64,000 nt of DNA, taken from Psilocybe cubensis. Lineage: Eukaryota. The stretch spans positions 1,240,001 through 1,304,000 of the forward strand of contig CM039007.1 in NCBI GenBank assembly GCA_017499595.2. The letters are read 5' to 3'. Under the pieces are notes generated by a model that did not search any database, was not told the origin of the DNA, and saw nothing but the letters and a program-made list of their open reading frames with translations. A program made the position numbers and the translations under genes. Below, in pieces: positions 1 through 14,200 of the stretch; the first letter of the stretch is position 1, and every line of letters begins with the position of its first letter.

Positions 1-162
1 AGCTGTTTGTGCGAGTTTTGTACGCCAGTTATAGATATTATTTTCAACCTATCAATGGATCAGTCAAGTCCGCCCAAGATAATTACAGACGCACCAATTT
101 GGTCACTACAGTCTTTAACCACCCTTCCAACGGTACTTCAGGAAACACTTTATGCCAAAGAT

Positions 163-528
163 CTAGTATTTGCTGCTCTGATGGACGTCATCGAACTGCG
201 CCGTTATAGAGTATTCTGATGCGAAAATGAGCAAAGGAATTAGTCCCACGATACAGTATTGAACAGATAGTATCGATTGAGGGTACTCACGGAAAAAATC
301 GAACCTTTCATAGACCCAACGAAAGAACCTTCGTCCTGTTTCTACCAAAGATCCGAGGAGGAACAGTTTTATGCTGTTAAATGCGAGAGAATTGGCCTGA
401 AATAAGGGTGCAAGAAAGGAGAGCCCCAAAAAATCTGCCACCCAATTCAGAAGTGACAACCAAGGGTTATCGTTTCCGGTTACGTAGGGGGTAGTAACCG
501 GGGTTCCAGGAACAGATGGCCAACTCAT
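163..528 (-). pseudogene. Truncated BCS1-like paralogue (N-terminal part only)
   Basis: MSWPSVPG...NSIKLFLLGSLVETGRRFFRWVYERF, an intron, then QYSITAQFDD aligns with the neighbouring BCS1-like gene (NSMKLFLLGTIIESGRRFFSWAMERF / QYSITAHFSE) at the same intron position. Similarity stops at ~186 and a stop follows (VHQSSKY*). Confidence 0.6.
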
Positions 529-1154
529 GCAAAGGATATCGATAAACACGTAGGTAATAAGTTGTAGTCGTATTGGTAGGCGCCAGAGAGCACTGATAGT
601 GTAGTGGAAATAAAAGACGGTAAGCGTGGTTGAGGTGTTTTATAGATATTGTCAAATGTGACTCATTGATGCCATGAGACATGGTTTGCTGAGGTACGCA
701 CATAGCATTACCGGGTACATAACAGATTCTTGGTCGAGTCGGCCATTGGAAACTGCATACGTGTTCTAAATATAGAGAAAGTGGTTATGGTTGACTCACT
801 GTGAACGCATAGCTTTACGATAATTCGCAGTACATCACACGTTGAGTTGTCGGATCCGAAGCTTTATATGATAATAATGACATTTACGGAACATGCCAAC
901 TTTGCAAATAATAGACCTGAGCCAAGAACACAAAAGTGTTAGAGAGGAATTAGTACATCTATCAAATGCTGATCGGTGAAATATAAACCTGACAAGTTTG
1001 TACAGAACAAAATAGAAAAGGGAGTCCATTTGTAGTAATGTAGACATTTTTGCTGCAGGATACATGTAACATTAGGGTGAATAAAACCCTCAGAATCGGT
1101 ACGTTTACTTTCGGTAGTTCTTCAAGATATGGTTACTGGGGGTTACGAGTGACT

Positions 1155-3520
1155 CTACAGCAAAGTCGAGCCGTTAGGGTCAACCACCTGAGATACTTTC
1201 GAAGTGGAAGCTTCAGCATGGTATTGATCCATAGCAGCTCCATTTGCATCAGGTTTATCATCAACTTTAGCACGATGTTGAGGGGTAACCGTTGAATTGA
1301 GGTAAGGCAGAGCTTCAAATTTTGGTTCTTGACCTCCAACAGAAACGCCGAGTCTCGCTAACCCGCCTCGCAAACGCTTGGTCTCATGGGCCTCCTTTTT
1401 TTCCTCCTTCTTTTCCTTCTCCTCGGCTTCTCTTTTTAAACGCTCCAACTTGTCCTTTTTCTCTCGTTCCACCCATGCACCGACTTCATCTGCTGCACGA
1501 AGGGGATCATTTTTGCAGGACAGAAGAAAACCCTGCAACTCGGCTGTGGAAAATTCATGCTGGGGAACAAAAGATGCAAAACGTTCTGCAAGTGCAGGTA
1601 TGTCCAATGGCTTCGCAAAGTCAGGAAGAGATTTCTTTTCGATATCTAATCCTGCATCCACGGTAAGCTCGTCATCTGGGTAGAAGCGTACAAACAATGC
1701 AGCAGCTTGTTCCTGTGTTGCAAGCTGATATGGAATTTTCACGTCGATTCGTCCAGGACGTAAAAGAGCTTGATCCAGTCGTTCAACGTAGTTTGTCTAT
1801 AAGCCGACAATTAGCATGGGATTTCTGTCAGACTTAGTGTGCATAACATACCGTTGCAAAAAATAGTTTCCCTTCCTCACTTCCAACACCATCGAGAACG
1901 TTAAGGAGCCCCGAGAGAGTCACGGCGGATCCGGGTCTTGCCATGTTCATAGCGCGTCTATTCATCCCCATCATGTTCATTCCCATCATCATACCACGCA
2001 TCGACGATTCCTCATTCTCCTGATCTTCGCGAGAAGGAAATGCGCAATCGATATCTTCAATAAGGATTATGGCTTGTTTTGGTATTGATGATACCAATCG
2101 TGCCAGCATTGCATCATCAAGCCTATCCACATCGATGAGGACAAGATAGGAGATAATGGAGAAAAAAGTCGAAGAAACTTACATGTTTGACGAAAGCGCA
2201 AGAGAATATATCTCGAGACCCAATTCTCCAGCCTGTAAAACTATTGTTAGACACTCACAAAACGCATCAACGACATTCCTACTGACGACCGCGTATATTG
2301 TTGATGCTAGAGATAGATCGAGGCTCGAATCAATGAATCCTGACCATCAGCAATGGTGGAGAAACCTTACTTTTTCCTGTTCCTGGGGGACCATATAGAA
2401 GATATCCTCTTCGATGAGGAATACCTGCCTTTATGTACCAAGCCTCCGATTTGATAAATTCCCGAGCGTCCTTAACAAGGGAACTTATAACACCTTCCTG
2501 CAGGATGATTGAACTGAGTGGTCTACGGTTCTTGCGTTTCGCGTTGCGCCATGCGCCGCCTCGATGATTAGATAGCATTGCCTTCGCGTCAAAGCGTAAG
2601 TACAACGTTAATGACATGAAGTTTGGAGAAAGTTGACCCTACCTGGTCAGCGCTATGCACAATGACATGTGGTCTACTAGTGGCCATATATTTCTTTCGC
2701 GCATCATCGACCAATGCAGACAACGCGCTCATATCGCGAGTATATAGCCTAAAGTTGCATATGAAGCGATTTCGGTTGCAATGTTGGCAATAGAATACGT
2801 ACGTCAATGACAGCTTTCCCAAAGACCCACTTCCATCCATGATAAAAGCATTATAATTTGCTTGATTTTTTTGTGATCCACTCCTCCTGATTTCGGCCCA
2901 GTATCCCCTCCATCGAAACAGCTGTGGTTCGTCATATGTTGGGACGTACTCTGCGTGTTCATCGACGTGCCCACCCGGCTTGGGGTTAGACGCCAAGTTG
3001 ACCGTCCATTGTCGAAGAGAAGATGCGGCATTGACTTGAAACTGTCTCGAGCGTGTCCACACTTTTTCCTCAGTCTACATTGAAGAAGGATGAGAATACG
3101 CGACGATGTTCGAGACAAGTATGATGCAACGCACCAGAAACAATATGATCCAGTCGTAGGCAGGGTCACCTTCGGAAAAATGTGCGGTAATTGAGTATTC
3201 TGTACAGTATATGAGGTATCAGTGAAGGAGCTATGTCAATGACGACATATTTTGAGACGCCACTCACGGAACGGTTTGAATCTTTCCATTGCCCATGAGA
3301 AAAACCTCCGACCACTTTCAATGATGGTTCCCAATAAGAACAATTTCATACTATTTCCAAAATACGAGTTTGATCCTCCTGCAGCATTTCCGATCGATTC
3401 CAGCTTTGTGCCCATCCCTTGAAGGAGCGATGCTATGAATGAAAAGCCAAAAATGCGAGTTAAACCCTGACCAGGGCCAAACCATGACTGTCCAGAGGTG
3501 TCGGCAACGTCGAAGGACAT
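1155..3520 (-). CDS. BCS1: BCS1-like AAA ATPase (multi-exon)
   Basis: BCS1 N-domain (YSITAHFSEGDPAYDW, YVPTYDEPQLFRWRGYW), WYIKAGIPHRRGYLLYGPPGTGK Walker A, ILIEDIDC Walker B, VTLSGLLNVLDGVGSEEG, TNYVERLDQALLRPGRIDVK, FSTAELQGFLL. GT-AG introns join the ORF pieces in frame, including a 20-nt exon at 2287-2306. It may be a lineage-expanded paralogue rather than the complex III assembly orthologue. Confidence 0.92.
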
Positions 3521-6273
3521 GAGTAGACAGTATCTTTCAGAGAGGTAGGAGGGGGGCGTGAAGTTTTGGTTTCTTCTTCCTTAACAATTTTGAATTGTAA
3601 GGATGGGTAGAAGTCTCCTTGCAGAATCCAGTTTGATAAGAGCGCAGCAGTGGGAAAGCTGACGCATCCGATGATGACTCACTTCAACTATTTCTCATGA
3701 TAATCGATCAGGATCATGCGAAGTGAGATACATTGAAAATGAAGTAGTGCTTCAACACACCTATGGGCCGACAGTATCGAATCCAACCCCAACGAGTGTT
3801 ACACACGCTCCTGCTTGCCAGATTTGTTTTCCAGTCGATGTGAAATAGCAGACTACAAGGTTTGTGTTCCCGCAGATCAATTTTTGACTGCGTTGAAGAA
3901 TACAGAGTAAGGTGACGCAAAGTGGTGTACACAGCGTATATAGGGCGGCACATCGTCATTCATGTCTATATCTGGGTCAAAGCTGCGGGTATGAATCCAT
4001 GATGGCTTCCTTAGTTATCGGGATTCGGGGCATACAGAAGCGCGTAAATGGCCAATGGCGCATACAGAGGCCCACTGCGAAGTTGTATCCTTCCACGTAG
4101 CAAGCAAATAGTCGATGATGCTGCTGAGTCAAGCCGAGCTGTTGTCGGGATGACATATGACGTAAACACTGTTACGTAACCCAACCTAGTTGGCTCCTGA
4201 CGTAGAGAAAGGGGCCTGTACGCTGAGAAATTAGAAAGGTATGAGTTCTCGGACACACTGGCGAACTACATAGCCTGACGAACGATGTGTGTGCTTGGGG
4301 AGAAGTAGAAAAGGTAGATTCATGGAAATGTATGCAACTTTAAGTTTTATGTATTGAAAAATTAGCAAATAAACAACTTCGTGAGTTGGGAGTGAGCCAA
4401 GATAAACGCTAGCGTAGACATCACTGGAATACTTGTTGGATTTACTCCAGCTAACCACTCGTAGTCTCGCCACTCAGCGAAACCTTTATATACCGTCATG
4501 TCCCAGAATAGTTTAAGTTATTCACATTGACAGCAGGACTTTCCGGCGCAGTTCTCGAGAAATGGTCACCGAACAAGTTGGTAGGCGGAGTGTCTGTTTC
4601 CCTACAAATGTTCCGGTGTGTGGAATGCAATGAGGTATAAAGTTAGAAGTCAGAAACTGAGAGAACACATGAGAGTAGCGTTAATTTTAAAAGACTCTAC
4701 TAAAAGAAGAATCAGACATACTGTAATTATTCCATCTACGTCCATTTGTTCGCTCGACAAAAATAAACAATGTGAGAACCTGTGAAGATGCACCCTTTGA
4801 TAGGTGTCTTCCACCTCTATTTTTGAGATAGCCATCTATACATCCAGTTATATGTCATACCTGTCATTGCTGCTTCAACCCCTGACATCGATCATATGCG
4901 CAGCAAGGGGTAATTTTTTGCCCGGCGCTCATTGCAACAGCGACCAAGTGCTTTAACGCTCACCCAAGAGTAAGAGAGAAACTTAATCTGTGTGTGTGTT
5001 TGTTGTAATTCATTATGTATACGCGAGTCTTATGCATTTGTTCTGATTTACTCTGAGAGTCAAAATCTAGACTAGATCATTGAGTCATGATTTTACCCAA
5101 GGTAAAACGACATTTTTATACATAGCTCTCTAAAAATGCGAAGATGGGAAGATGTCGCATTATCGACACCAGTATGCTCGGCTGATTGATTGACGTCGTC
5201 AGAGTAGCAGCCTCGGCTGATGGTATGTTGTTTCTGTTGTTATATGTAGCTTTGAGAGAAGAGAAGGAGGTTGCTCAACTAGATAAAAGTTACTGATATT
5301 GTACATTCGTCATGTCAATGGAACATAACATAATTGCGTCGGCAATTTATTTGGCACTCATAATCACACATGCGGAATTTAAATGCAGTATAATACTGCT
5401 TTGAGAGAGCATTTCATCTTCGGTAGGTCAGTATCCTTGGTATGTATCTTGCTTGTGATATATTCGATCGGGTCGGAGCGAGTCCTCACTTTGAAGATTG
5501 AATAGTATCTGTGTCATCGACTGTTGATTTAGTAATCAAGTATATATATTTCGTAGCTTGCTCTAAGAGGATACAAAATATAGGAAGTAATGAAAGAATT
5601 GAAAAAGCAGCTGAGGCTATATAGCCAACTTTTCTCTCGACACTTTTTGGGTGCAGGATGGTGCAGCTTAGTGTAATGCCGGGAAACGTTAACCGGCATG
5701 TCTGCGCGTTGGCTTGGTAATTGGTATAGCCACTTTGCCGAGCCGGCAAGACACTCCGGTTATCCAAACACGGGTGCATTCCCCCCGCGATAGCGTGGTG
5801 GTGGTTATGACTGACGCCTCCGTTGAATCTTTTGTTCTTCGGTTGTTGTCGTCTCCCTCTTGTCCCTCGACCCCCCATTCCTCTAAGCTTGAAGTTCAGG
5901 AGCTACATTACCAATAGGCACCTACGAGGAGCTGGTGTCTGATTGTGGCGCTTGGAGCACGCTTTGGCCATACCTTATACGCGACAGCCTGTGGACTGCG
6001 GGTCAAGTGGAGTGTAATTCTGGTGGATTAAACGCTCAGGTATGATAAGAGCTTTCTCTCTACCCTTTCTATGTAATTTGATATTCAGACATCACCTACA
6101 ACTGTTTGTCGTCGTTTAAAAGCTGTTTTCTTGACCCTTGAGCCCATCCAACATCACACATCGTTCACTGCTTTCGATATCAAGATTGACCATCGCTAGA
6201 TCATCATCACTCTAAGCAAGCTTCGCTAACAACCTTACGCCGCCGACACGTCCACGTTCACGATCACGAATAC

Positions 6274-6373
6274 NNNNNNNNNNNNNNNNNNNNNNNNNNN
6301 NNNNNNNNNNNNNNNNNNNNNNNNNNNNNNNNNNNNNNNNNNNNNNNNNNNNNNNNNNNNNNNNNNNNNNNNN
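6274..6373. other. Assembly gap (100 N)
   Basis: Run of exactly 100 N, the usual placeholder for a gap of unknown size. Confidence 0.99.
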
Positions 6374-6968
6374 TAGCACAAAGCCTAATACAGATTCCGC
6401 TACGCAGTCATTGGAGCAATCCTTCTACAGAGCTCGCATCCAAATCTTCTACCTGCATAAAGATAGGATTACCTCCTTTACTCATATAGCTTTCCGCAGT
6501 CAACAATCAGCATTTTCGAGGCACAACGGAGGTCGAACGGCAATTCCGGATAATCGTCACAAATAGTCCGTCGGCACCCACGATATAAATATCGCCTCGA
6601 AACCTCTGAGAGGGCACTGCTTCGGATCCATTTACGGGCAAAATTCCTCCTTGAAATCAACTACAGTCCAGGGTGACAGACACGACATATTTTTAAGGCC
6701 ACCAGTTAACCACGGTTTGGGCACGAGATCCCCACGCCTTAACTAGTGTGATCTTTTGTTTCCATCCCCCCGGCTCTCCGCTGCCCGTGTAGCTCCTTGT
6801 TTCTCTCCACCATTGCTTCTTTTTATTTTGTCTTAGGTCCCTACAAGGCGGATTCCCCTCTCATCTTTTCTGTCTTTTGCCTCATTGTATTGTGGGTAGA
6901 AGGTAGTGCCGCCAAGTCGCCCAATATACCAAGCTCTATAACGACATTATATCATTTTAATCGACAAC

Positions 6969-8298
6969 ATGTCGTCAAGTAACTCGACGGCTTCATCAGA
7001 GTCCCAATCCTTTTCGTCGACGTCTTTTTCTTCTTCGTTCTCAACTTCTTCAACTTTTTCCTCCTCTACCTCGACGCCCAGTCCATTTCCATCTTCTCAT
7101 TCATCAGGACCCTCGACCGACAGTAACGCCACCAATGCGTCCATCGCAACCTCAGCTTCTCTATACTGTGCGTCTTTTCGTGGTACCCATCCCACGGAGA
7201 ATCCTCTATTTTTCTGTTATTCATGATGCTTATTTTTATTAAAATCTAGTATACACATTCTTGGCGACACTCGTCCTCCTCCTCTCTGTATCTGCCGCTA
7301 TCGTCATACGCTCTTTCGTGCTTCGTCGGAGGCATAGGCTCATGGTGGAAGAGGCTATCAGGAATGGGACATGGGTGCCTCCCGCACCCCCTACACGTCC
7401 TGTAAAAGTGGACTTGAGTAAGAAGCCGATGCTTTGGGAGGCATACATCGACGGGAAGGGCGATGTTGTCTCGTATGGTGCTCATGGGGCCGGAAGTCAA
7501 AGGATCAATGATACATGGAAAGCTGAGCATTCGAAGGAGTGGGATACCATCAAGCCTATCGCTGTCAGTTATCTATCGTCGACTACGCTGCCTACGTCAT
7601 CGCCGTCGCCATCTGGTTTGGCTACGATCCCATCCGTTGGTAGCCTACACAGCACAGCCGCTCAACAGCCGTCTACGCCAGTTGGAATGCAACGGGATGT
7701 CGAGGCAAACGCAGGTACTCCTACTAACGCATCCTCCGCCGCTGTTGCTGTCCCAACCCCGCCGACCTCAGTTCGGACACCAACATCACGGCCTCGTGCA
7801 ATCCTATCCCGTGTAGTGCGCATGCTTAACCCAACACCCAACCCAACTTCGCCCCTACCTGGCCCGCTTGCAGGATCAAATGCAGGCTCAAACGCCAACC
7901 TTCCAGGGCCTAACAGTGGTGACGCAACTGCGAATGAGAAGCTCGAACTAAAGGGACCACATACGATGCGTGTAGCTGTTCTGATTGCCATGCCTTCTCC
8001 GCCCTCGAGCAGCTTGTCAACCTCGAGTTCGGCAATTTTATCATCAGCATCAAGCTCAACAGGCGCTCCCGGAGCTTCCACATCTCCGTCTCCACCAATA
8101 ATTTCTCATCCATTGTCAGTTATGGGCGACGACGACGAGCATCCATTGCCACATCTTGAGGTTGGCGTGGCCGATGTTGTAGTCATGCCGCCTGATTATG
8201 GTTCAGGCGTGGGAGATGCGCACGTGGGGAAGCGAAAAGCCGCGCAAAGAGGAAGTTTGGCAAGTATGGCGACGGGTAGCGAAGGGAGCGAGGTATAG
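6969..8298 (+). CDS. Hypothetical single-pass membrane protein (Ser/Thr-rich N-terminus, one TM helix, Pro/Ser-rich tail)
   Basis: Exon 1 6969-7167, intron 7168-7249 (GTGCGT..TAG), exon 2 7250-8298 in frame. Hydrophobic LYLYTFLATLVLLLSVSAAIVI is followed by basic RSFVLRRRHR. Confidence 0.85.
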
Positions 8299-9561
8299 TA
8301 CGCCGCCTCGTATCCTTTCTCCTCTGTCTTTTGGATCTCTGTACTATTATCTTCTTTTGTGTGGCGTTTACTTTGCTCTTTTTTTGGCAGATAGAGGACC
8401 TGCCTCCGCTTTTCCTTCTGGTTTGGCAGTTTCTTGTGTTGTACTAACGGTGTTGTGCTTGTTGATGTACAGTATGCTCATTCTATCCCTTACTAAAAAC
8501 CATCGTGTACTTTCTTGTACTTTCTTTTGCTTTGTATTGGTCATGAAATGATAGCGCAGGAGTATGCGATTTTACCCGACATTTTCCATCTCTGTTAGCA
8601 TGTCGGCTCCACATCGGAAAGAAGCTTTTCTGGCTGACAAGCAAAGTAGATATATCTTTAGACTTCCTTGTTGAACTTGTAGATCATACGCCTTATGTAG
8701 CTGTCGCAATTACGGACAGTACTATCAAATGACTAGGACGCGGATAAATTTGAGAAAGAAGCCCGGTAAGTATTTACAATTTAGTCCATTACTAACCTTT
8801 AATCTACCACTGCATGCTGGTTGAGCCAACATGCCAATCATGGATATGAGGCAGGTGACGACGGTAGCCTTCTCTCATATACTTTGTACGTGATGGAAGA
8901 CAGGCGTATAAACAGCTTCGTTAGCTCTGTAGGACCCATGGGGTCACAGGGTCTCGTCCCAGACAAGTAGATTTACTATACGACGAAGCCCACCAAGGAT
9001 GATCCCAATCTACTTGACATCACATAAGCAATGTTTCTAGGATGTGGACAAATTGCACAATACCATATCTTCACTTAGAATATTCAAATCGACAGTCTCA
9101 AGGCTTTTGGCCTCTAGGCTGTCGGAGATAGGGAATATTCACGTTTCAAAACGTTGATGTTGATTGATGATATTCTTATGCCAGATTTTATGTACGTGAT
9201 GCTGTCCAGAGTTTACAATGCTTTGGAATGAGCACAAACTCTTGTTGAAATTTTTTGAAAAGGTATATAGCGGTATTGGCCTGGGATCACGCATGCATTG
9301 CTGAACAAGATATGCTTCTTTACCGCACATTTGAAAGCCGTGCGGCAGAGGACTGGCTATTGGTTACATTAAAAGTTTTAACATGAAATAATTTGGTTGC
9401 TAGCACTATACAAGGAGCGCTGTGTTTGAGGCCAATAGTGGAAATTGAATCGTCTTGGTTGATTTCGAACTGGAGATTGTTCCAAATATCCTACGAGTTC
9501 CTGTTGGGAACCTCACCTTGGGAGAAATCCATTTTATAAATGATTCGTCTTGCAGTGCAAT

Positions 9562-10614
9562 TCAAAGATCTCGGATCAGGGGACCCAAAGTGACGGGTAC
9601 ATTTTCCTTGCCTCGTACTGTCTCGATAGAGGCAGACCATTCTTTCTCCTTCCCTTTCGATGCGCTTGAAGTAGTTATTAATTGCGGGCTCATAGATATT
9701 TCATTTTCAGTTGACTGATCCAGTCTTGCTTCGATGGGCAATGATTCTGCCTGTTCGGATGTCTCGGTAAGCGTAGTTTGGTGACCTGCGTGAGGTGCCA
9801 CTCTCATGAATAGTGTTGGAGTGTTGACCGTTTTTCTGAACTATTGACAAAGATAGGCCAGTCAAAATTTGCAATTATAATGGTGAATATTATATATCCA
9901 GTGTAAGAATGACATGGTAAATACCTGGCAGTGCGCACAAGCATCATCGTACTCTGTTCCATGGTGGGGACAATTCAAAGCTTTTTTGAGCCCACCTATC
10001 GTTCTACAAATCCGCTTGATACTGGCAGACACAATGCTCGAGCTGGCAGGGGGGTCAAGCCTACATTCATTACCATTATCTGCTTCATAATCGACGGGCG
10101 TCAACGTATTCGAGGCTATTCCATCCATCATAGAGGGTACCTTATTTGGCGATGGATATTCTCCTGGACTTTCTTTAGTATGTCTAAAAGGCAACTGAGG
10201 CGGCAGTTTCGATGGACCTTGACCGTTAGAATGAGCTAACAATAAACAAGAACTCCGCGCCTGCCCAGCTGCAGCAGAAGTAACTTGGGCCTGGTTCGTA
10301 ATCGCAGAGATACATAAGCCACTCTTTGGCTTTGACGATGAGCCGATACCATCTTCTGAGCCTCGCAGCTAATTATGCGTCAGAAATGCGATAATAGAGG
10401 CGGGATATGAATCACCATAAGGAGAGTGGCTTACTTTACAATTTGAACAACTAACATCAAACATCCACGCATGTTTTTGACATAAATTAGGTGTATTTGC
10501 TGCGGAAGGGGGGTACGATTCTCTTTTTGACCATGAATCTTTGCGTGATTGGGCAGTGTTAAACGTTTCGTGAGCATTGACTCTCGTCCAAGAAATGTTG
10601 CGTGTCTTCGGCAT
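9562..10614 (-). CDS. Hypothetical protein with two CxxH-x7-CxxC motifs (3' end uncertain, possibly pseudogenised)
   Basis: Exon 1 MPKTRN...CQKHAWMFDVSCSNCK|GTAAGC; exon 2 LRGSEDG...CPHHGTEYDDACAHCQ|GTATTT; exon 3 FRKTVNT... All are in frame across GT-AG introns. The frame stays open for ~50 codons past the TGA at 9562. Confidence 0.55.
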
Positions 10615-11285
10615 GAGAATAAAAAAGGTTCAATTTGGGGTATTTCTACGTTGGAAACCGATGTATCGATTCTTTAACACCTAGAAAAGATGCCAGATTG
10701 GAAGTTTAGCCTAGTGGTGTCACAAAAATGGGGAATCAGGGGAATGAGCGCGCGTGAGTTGAGCAAGGGTCTTAACATGTCGTGACTCACAAGGATGTGT
10801 CAAATAAGAAGATCGTAAAAGCAGGGAGCTGTAACGACAGAAAGTAGAGGATGACGGGAAACCAGAATGAAGAACCAACTCAGCGATGGAAGATTAAAGA
10901 GAAGGGGCACACTCGTAACTTGTAAAACACAAAAGCAGGACAATGGCCCATCGCGGGACTTGTAGTCGCTGTTTCAAAATCAGAACCGCGCCCGTGTATT
11001 AGTCACATGACATATATGTGATCGTGTACGAGACGCGATCCGATGGAGAATTCAATAGTTCAGAGCCGCGGTCAAGTATGCGGCATTGCCCACGATCTGA
11101 TAATTTACCTATAAAATATTCAATATCCTTTTGGCAAGCCTCTAAGCCATGGACGCTTTTTCAATTCCTTCGATTAATACAATGATGAGCAACCTAAACT
11201 GGTAATGATACAGGCATAGACGATCTGGTCTTAATGAAACTATGTAAATAGCTAATCTCGTCCATTCATGTGTCTTTCAGAATGC

Positions 11286-14200
11286 CTAAGCAGCTGTATC
11301 TCCAGCAGAAATACTATCAGAGGGTGGCGCTGCAAGGATTTTATCAGATTCATGACAGCACAAGGACTTGAAGGTTGCACATACCTGCTACATGTGGATC
11401 TTCTCTCCGTAGATCTATGTTACCAGTGTCGTTTATAACCAGTCGGACGTTACAGCTATGGCGAACAAAAGTCAGCCCTGATAAAATTTTTTAATACTGA
11501 AGGTCTGTACTTCTTTTTGATATTTCCTCGAATTTGGGATTCAGCTATTACCTGGATCGCACATGATTTTACTTCATTTGACACGGAACGTGCCCCGTAG
11601 TTCTCATCATAGCCTTGAGCTAGCTTAGCAATAACTGCAGTTATAAAAGATTACTGAAAAATGAGTTTTACTGACTGGCAAAAAATTGGTACCTTCAGGT
11701 GTCCACGAGAGACGGATACCATGGTGCTCGTGAGCACGTTTTTTCCATTTATCCAGTTCAACTCTCACTATCTTCCGAATCTAAAATCGATCGAAACAGT
11801 CAATACTCCCCAAAAAATGGTATTTTTGCTCAGCCGACTAACCTCGTTCTCTGTAAACGGAAGAAATACCACCATCTGGTTGATTCGACCAAGGAATTCA
11901 TCCCGCTTCAACGTCTTCTTGAGCACGGGGTACAGTGTTTTGTTGAAGTTGGCTATCCCATTGAGGTACTGTGTGTGCATGTCCACGGCCTCGGTGCGTT
12001 CAACCAGTTTGTGTAGACCAGGCGCGGCCTGGCGGATCTCTTCCGACCCTAGGTTAGACGTCATAATGAAGACAGCGTCAGGGCAGTGGATTGTACCATG
12101 CTGTACAAACACATGATAGATAGTATGTTAGCCATATGTGCATTAATACCTATAAGATCATGAAGCATACATACCTTTGGATCAGTAATTCGCGCGTCGT
12201 CGAAGAGCTGGAGGAACACGGTCAGCACGTCCGGATGAGCTTTCTCGATCTCATCAAAGAGGACGACGGCCCGGGGATTTTTTCTTAGCTGGTTTGTTAG
12301 GTTGCCTCCACCTTCGTAACCCTGTCATGCATTGGAATAGGGACATGAAATTAGCGTGGAAAACGAGGAGAAAAGGACTGAGAGACTGGAACGTACGACA
12401 TAGCCCTTGGGAGATCCTGTGAGTGACGCGGAATTTTATTTAATCAGAATTGGATCTGAGAGGGCATGGAACAAGGGAGGAGAGCTTACCTGTTAAGTTG
12501 GCCACTGTGTGGCTATGTTGGTACTCCGACATGTCAATGCGCACAAACGTTCCTGACTTCTCAATATCCCTAAGTGTGATCTTCCTCTCCTTCTTCCCCT
12601 CCTTCCCACCGTCTTTTGAAGCGTCTCTATTGTTGTTCCCATCTTCATCGCTATCATCACCACTCTCGGAATCATTATCCCTTGACGATCTACCATTAGC
12701 CTTATCCCTAACCGCTGTCTTCAATGCGTCGTTGTGCAGATATAGCGCAATGCGCTTTGCAATTTCCGTCTTGCCAATCCCTGAGCTCCCTAGAAACATC
12801 AGGACCAGCGGACGCTCGGGGTCGACCCACCCGTTCTCCCGCAATCGTAAGGCCGAAGCTATACTTCGGATGGGGCCCCGCTGTCCTACCACATTTGCAC
12901 CTATAGATCTCTCTATCTCGACTAGAGAGAGGGATGAAGCGGTTTTACAATTTATTAGTCCGTGATAGGCACATATATATGGAGAGTCAATCTGCTTACG
13001 ATGTCGCATGCGGTATTTGTCCTCCGCGATTTGCTTTCGCTTTTTTTCTTTCTCTGCCTTTGCTGGAAATAAGACGGGTTAATATTATGTGATAACCTCT
13101 GAATATGAGTATTGGAAACGCAAACATACCAGTCTTCTTCCGCTCAGCCTTGTTACAGCGTTTCTGAGCTTTGGAGGCACGCTCCGCGCGCTTCCTTGCC
13201 TTCTCATCTGACAGACCCTCCAAGTCCCGCTCTCTCTCATGTTGTAAATCATCCATAAGCTCTCCCATACACACCAAAGCCTCAAGCTGTTCGTCCAATT
13301 TTCTCTTTTCCTCTTTTTCTTTTGCCTCCTTTTCCTTTGCCTCCTCCGCCTTGCGCTGCTGCACCTTCTTGTCCCTTCTCTCCTTCTCCTCAGCACATAG
13401 CGCTCTAAACTCTTCCATGCGGACACTACCATGCACCTTCACGTATTCCTCGGGAAGCATGTTATTGTCGTCCTTTCTTTCCCAATCTCCGCCTGCCTGC
13501 AGGATCAGCTCAACAACGCTCATCTCGCCCACGAGACAAGCGAGGTGGAGAGGTTGGCTATCGTCATCGGAGTACGGATTGGCGGAGGTGATACTGTGTA
13601 GATCTATAGAGGCCGGTTTGAGGGACTTAATGATTGACGAGATTCGGCCGTATATGCCACGGCTCCTTGTAATGGCGAGACTCTTGTTTGAGTTGATAAT
13701 CCTGAAGAAGAGGGTTCGTATAGAACGAAGCGCCGGTGAGATGCGTCGGTGGAGGGGTTTTGAAAGGCAACTCACTCTTTACAGTATTCTAAATCGCGCT
13801 CGCAAATTGCCCTGCAGAGCGCTGCGCTATCTACATTTATCACGTATATTTGAGTCCTCGATCCAACTGAGAAAATCATGTCAAAATTGAGAAATCGTAC
13901 CTTTTCTCTCAAGCGAGCGGTATCGCATCCTCCACTGGACGGTCGCCTCATGGTATGCTCTTACTACCTCTATATCAACCCTGGCCAAATCAAAATACTC
14001 CCTCGGGAGTCTCTTTTTCTCGTCCTGCCAATCAAACCCCTTAGAAATATCCGTTGTCGACCCAATATACAGATCGAGCACCGCAGCGTCCCCGCGCATG
14101 CATGCAAAATGCAGCGCGCTCGCTCCGGCCGTGGACTCTGTACCGACAATCTTTGGGCATAATTCTTCTTTGCGGCACTGTATATCTGCGTCGGAGGACG

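Noticed and set aside
3600-6900. Short ORFs in 3.6-6.9 kb (likewise 14.6-17.2 kb)
   Set aside because: No motifs, codon bias or coherent exon chain that I could support.
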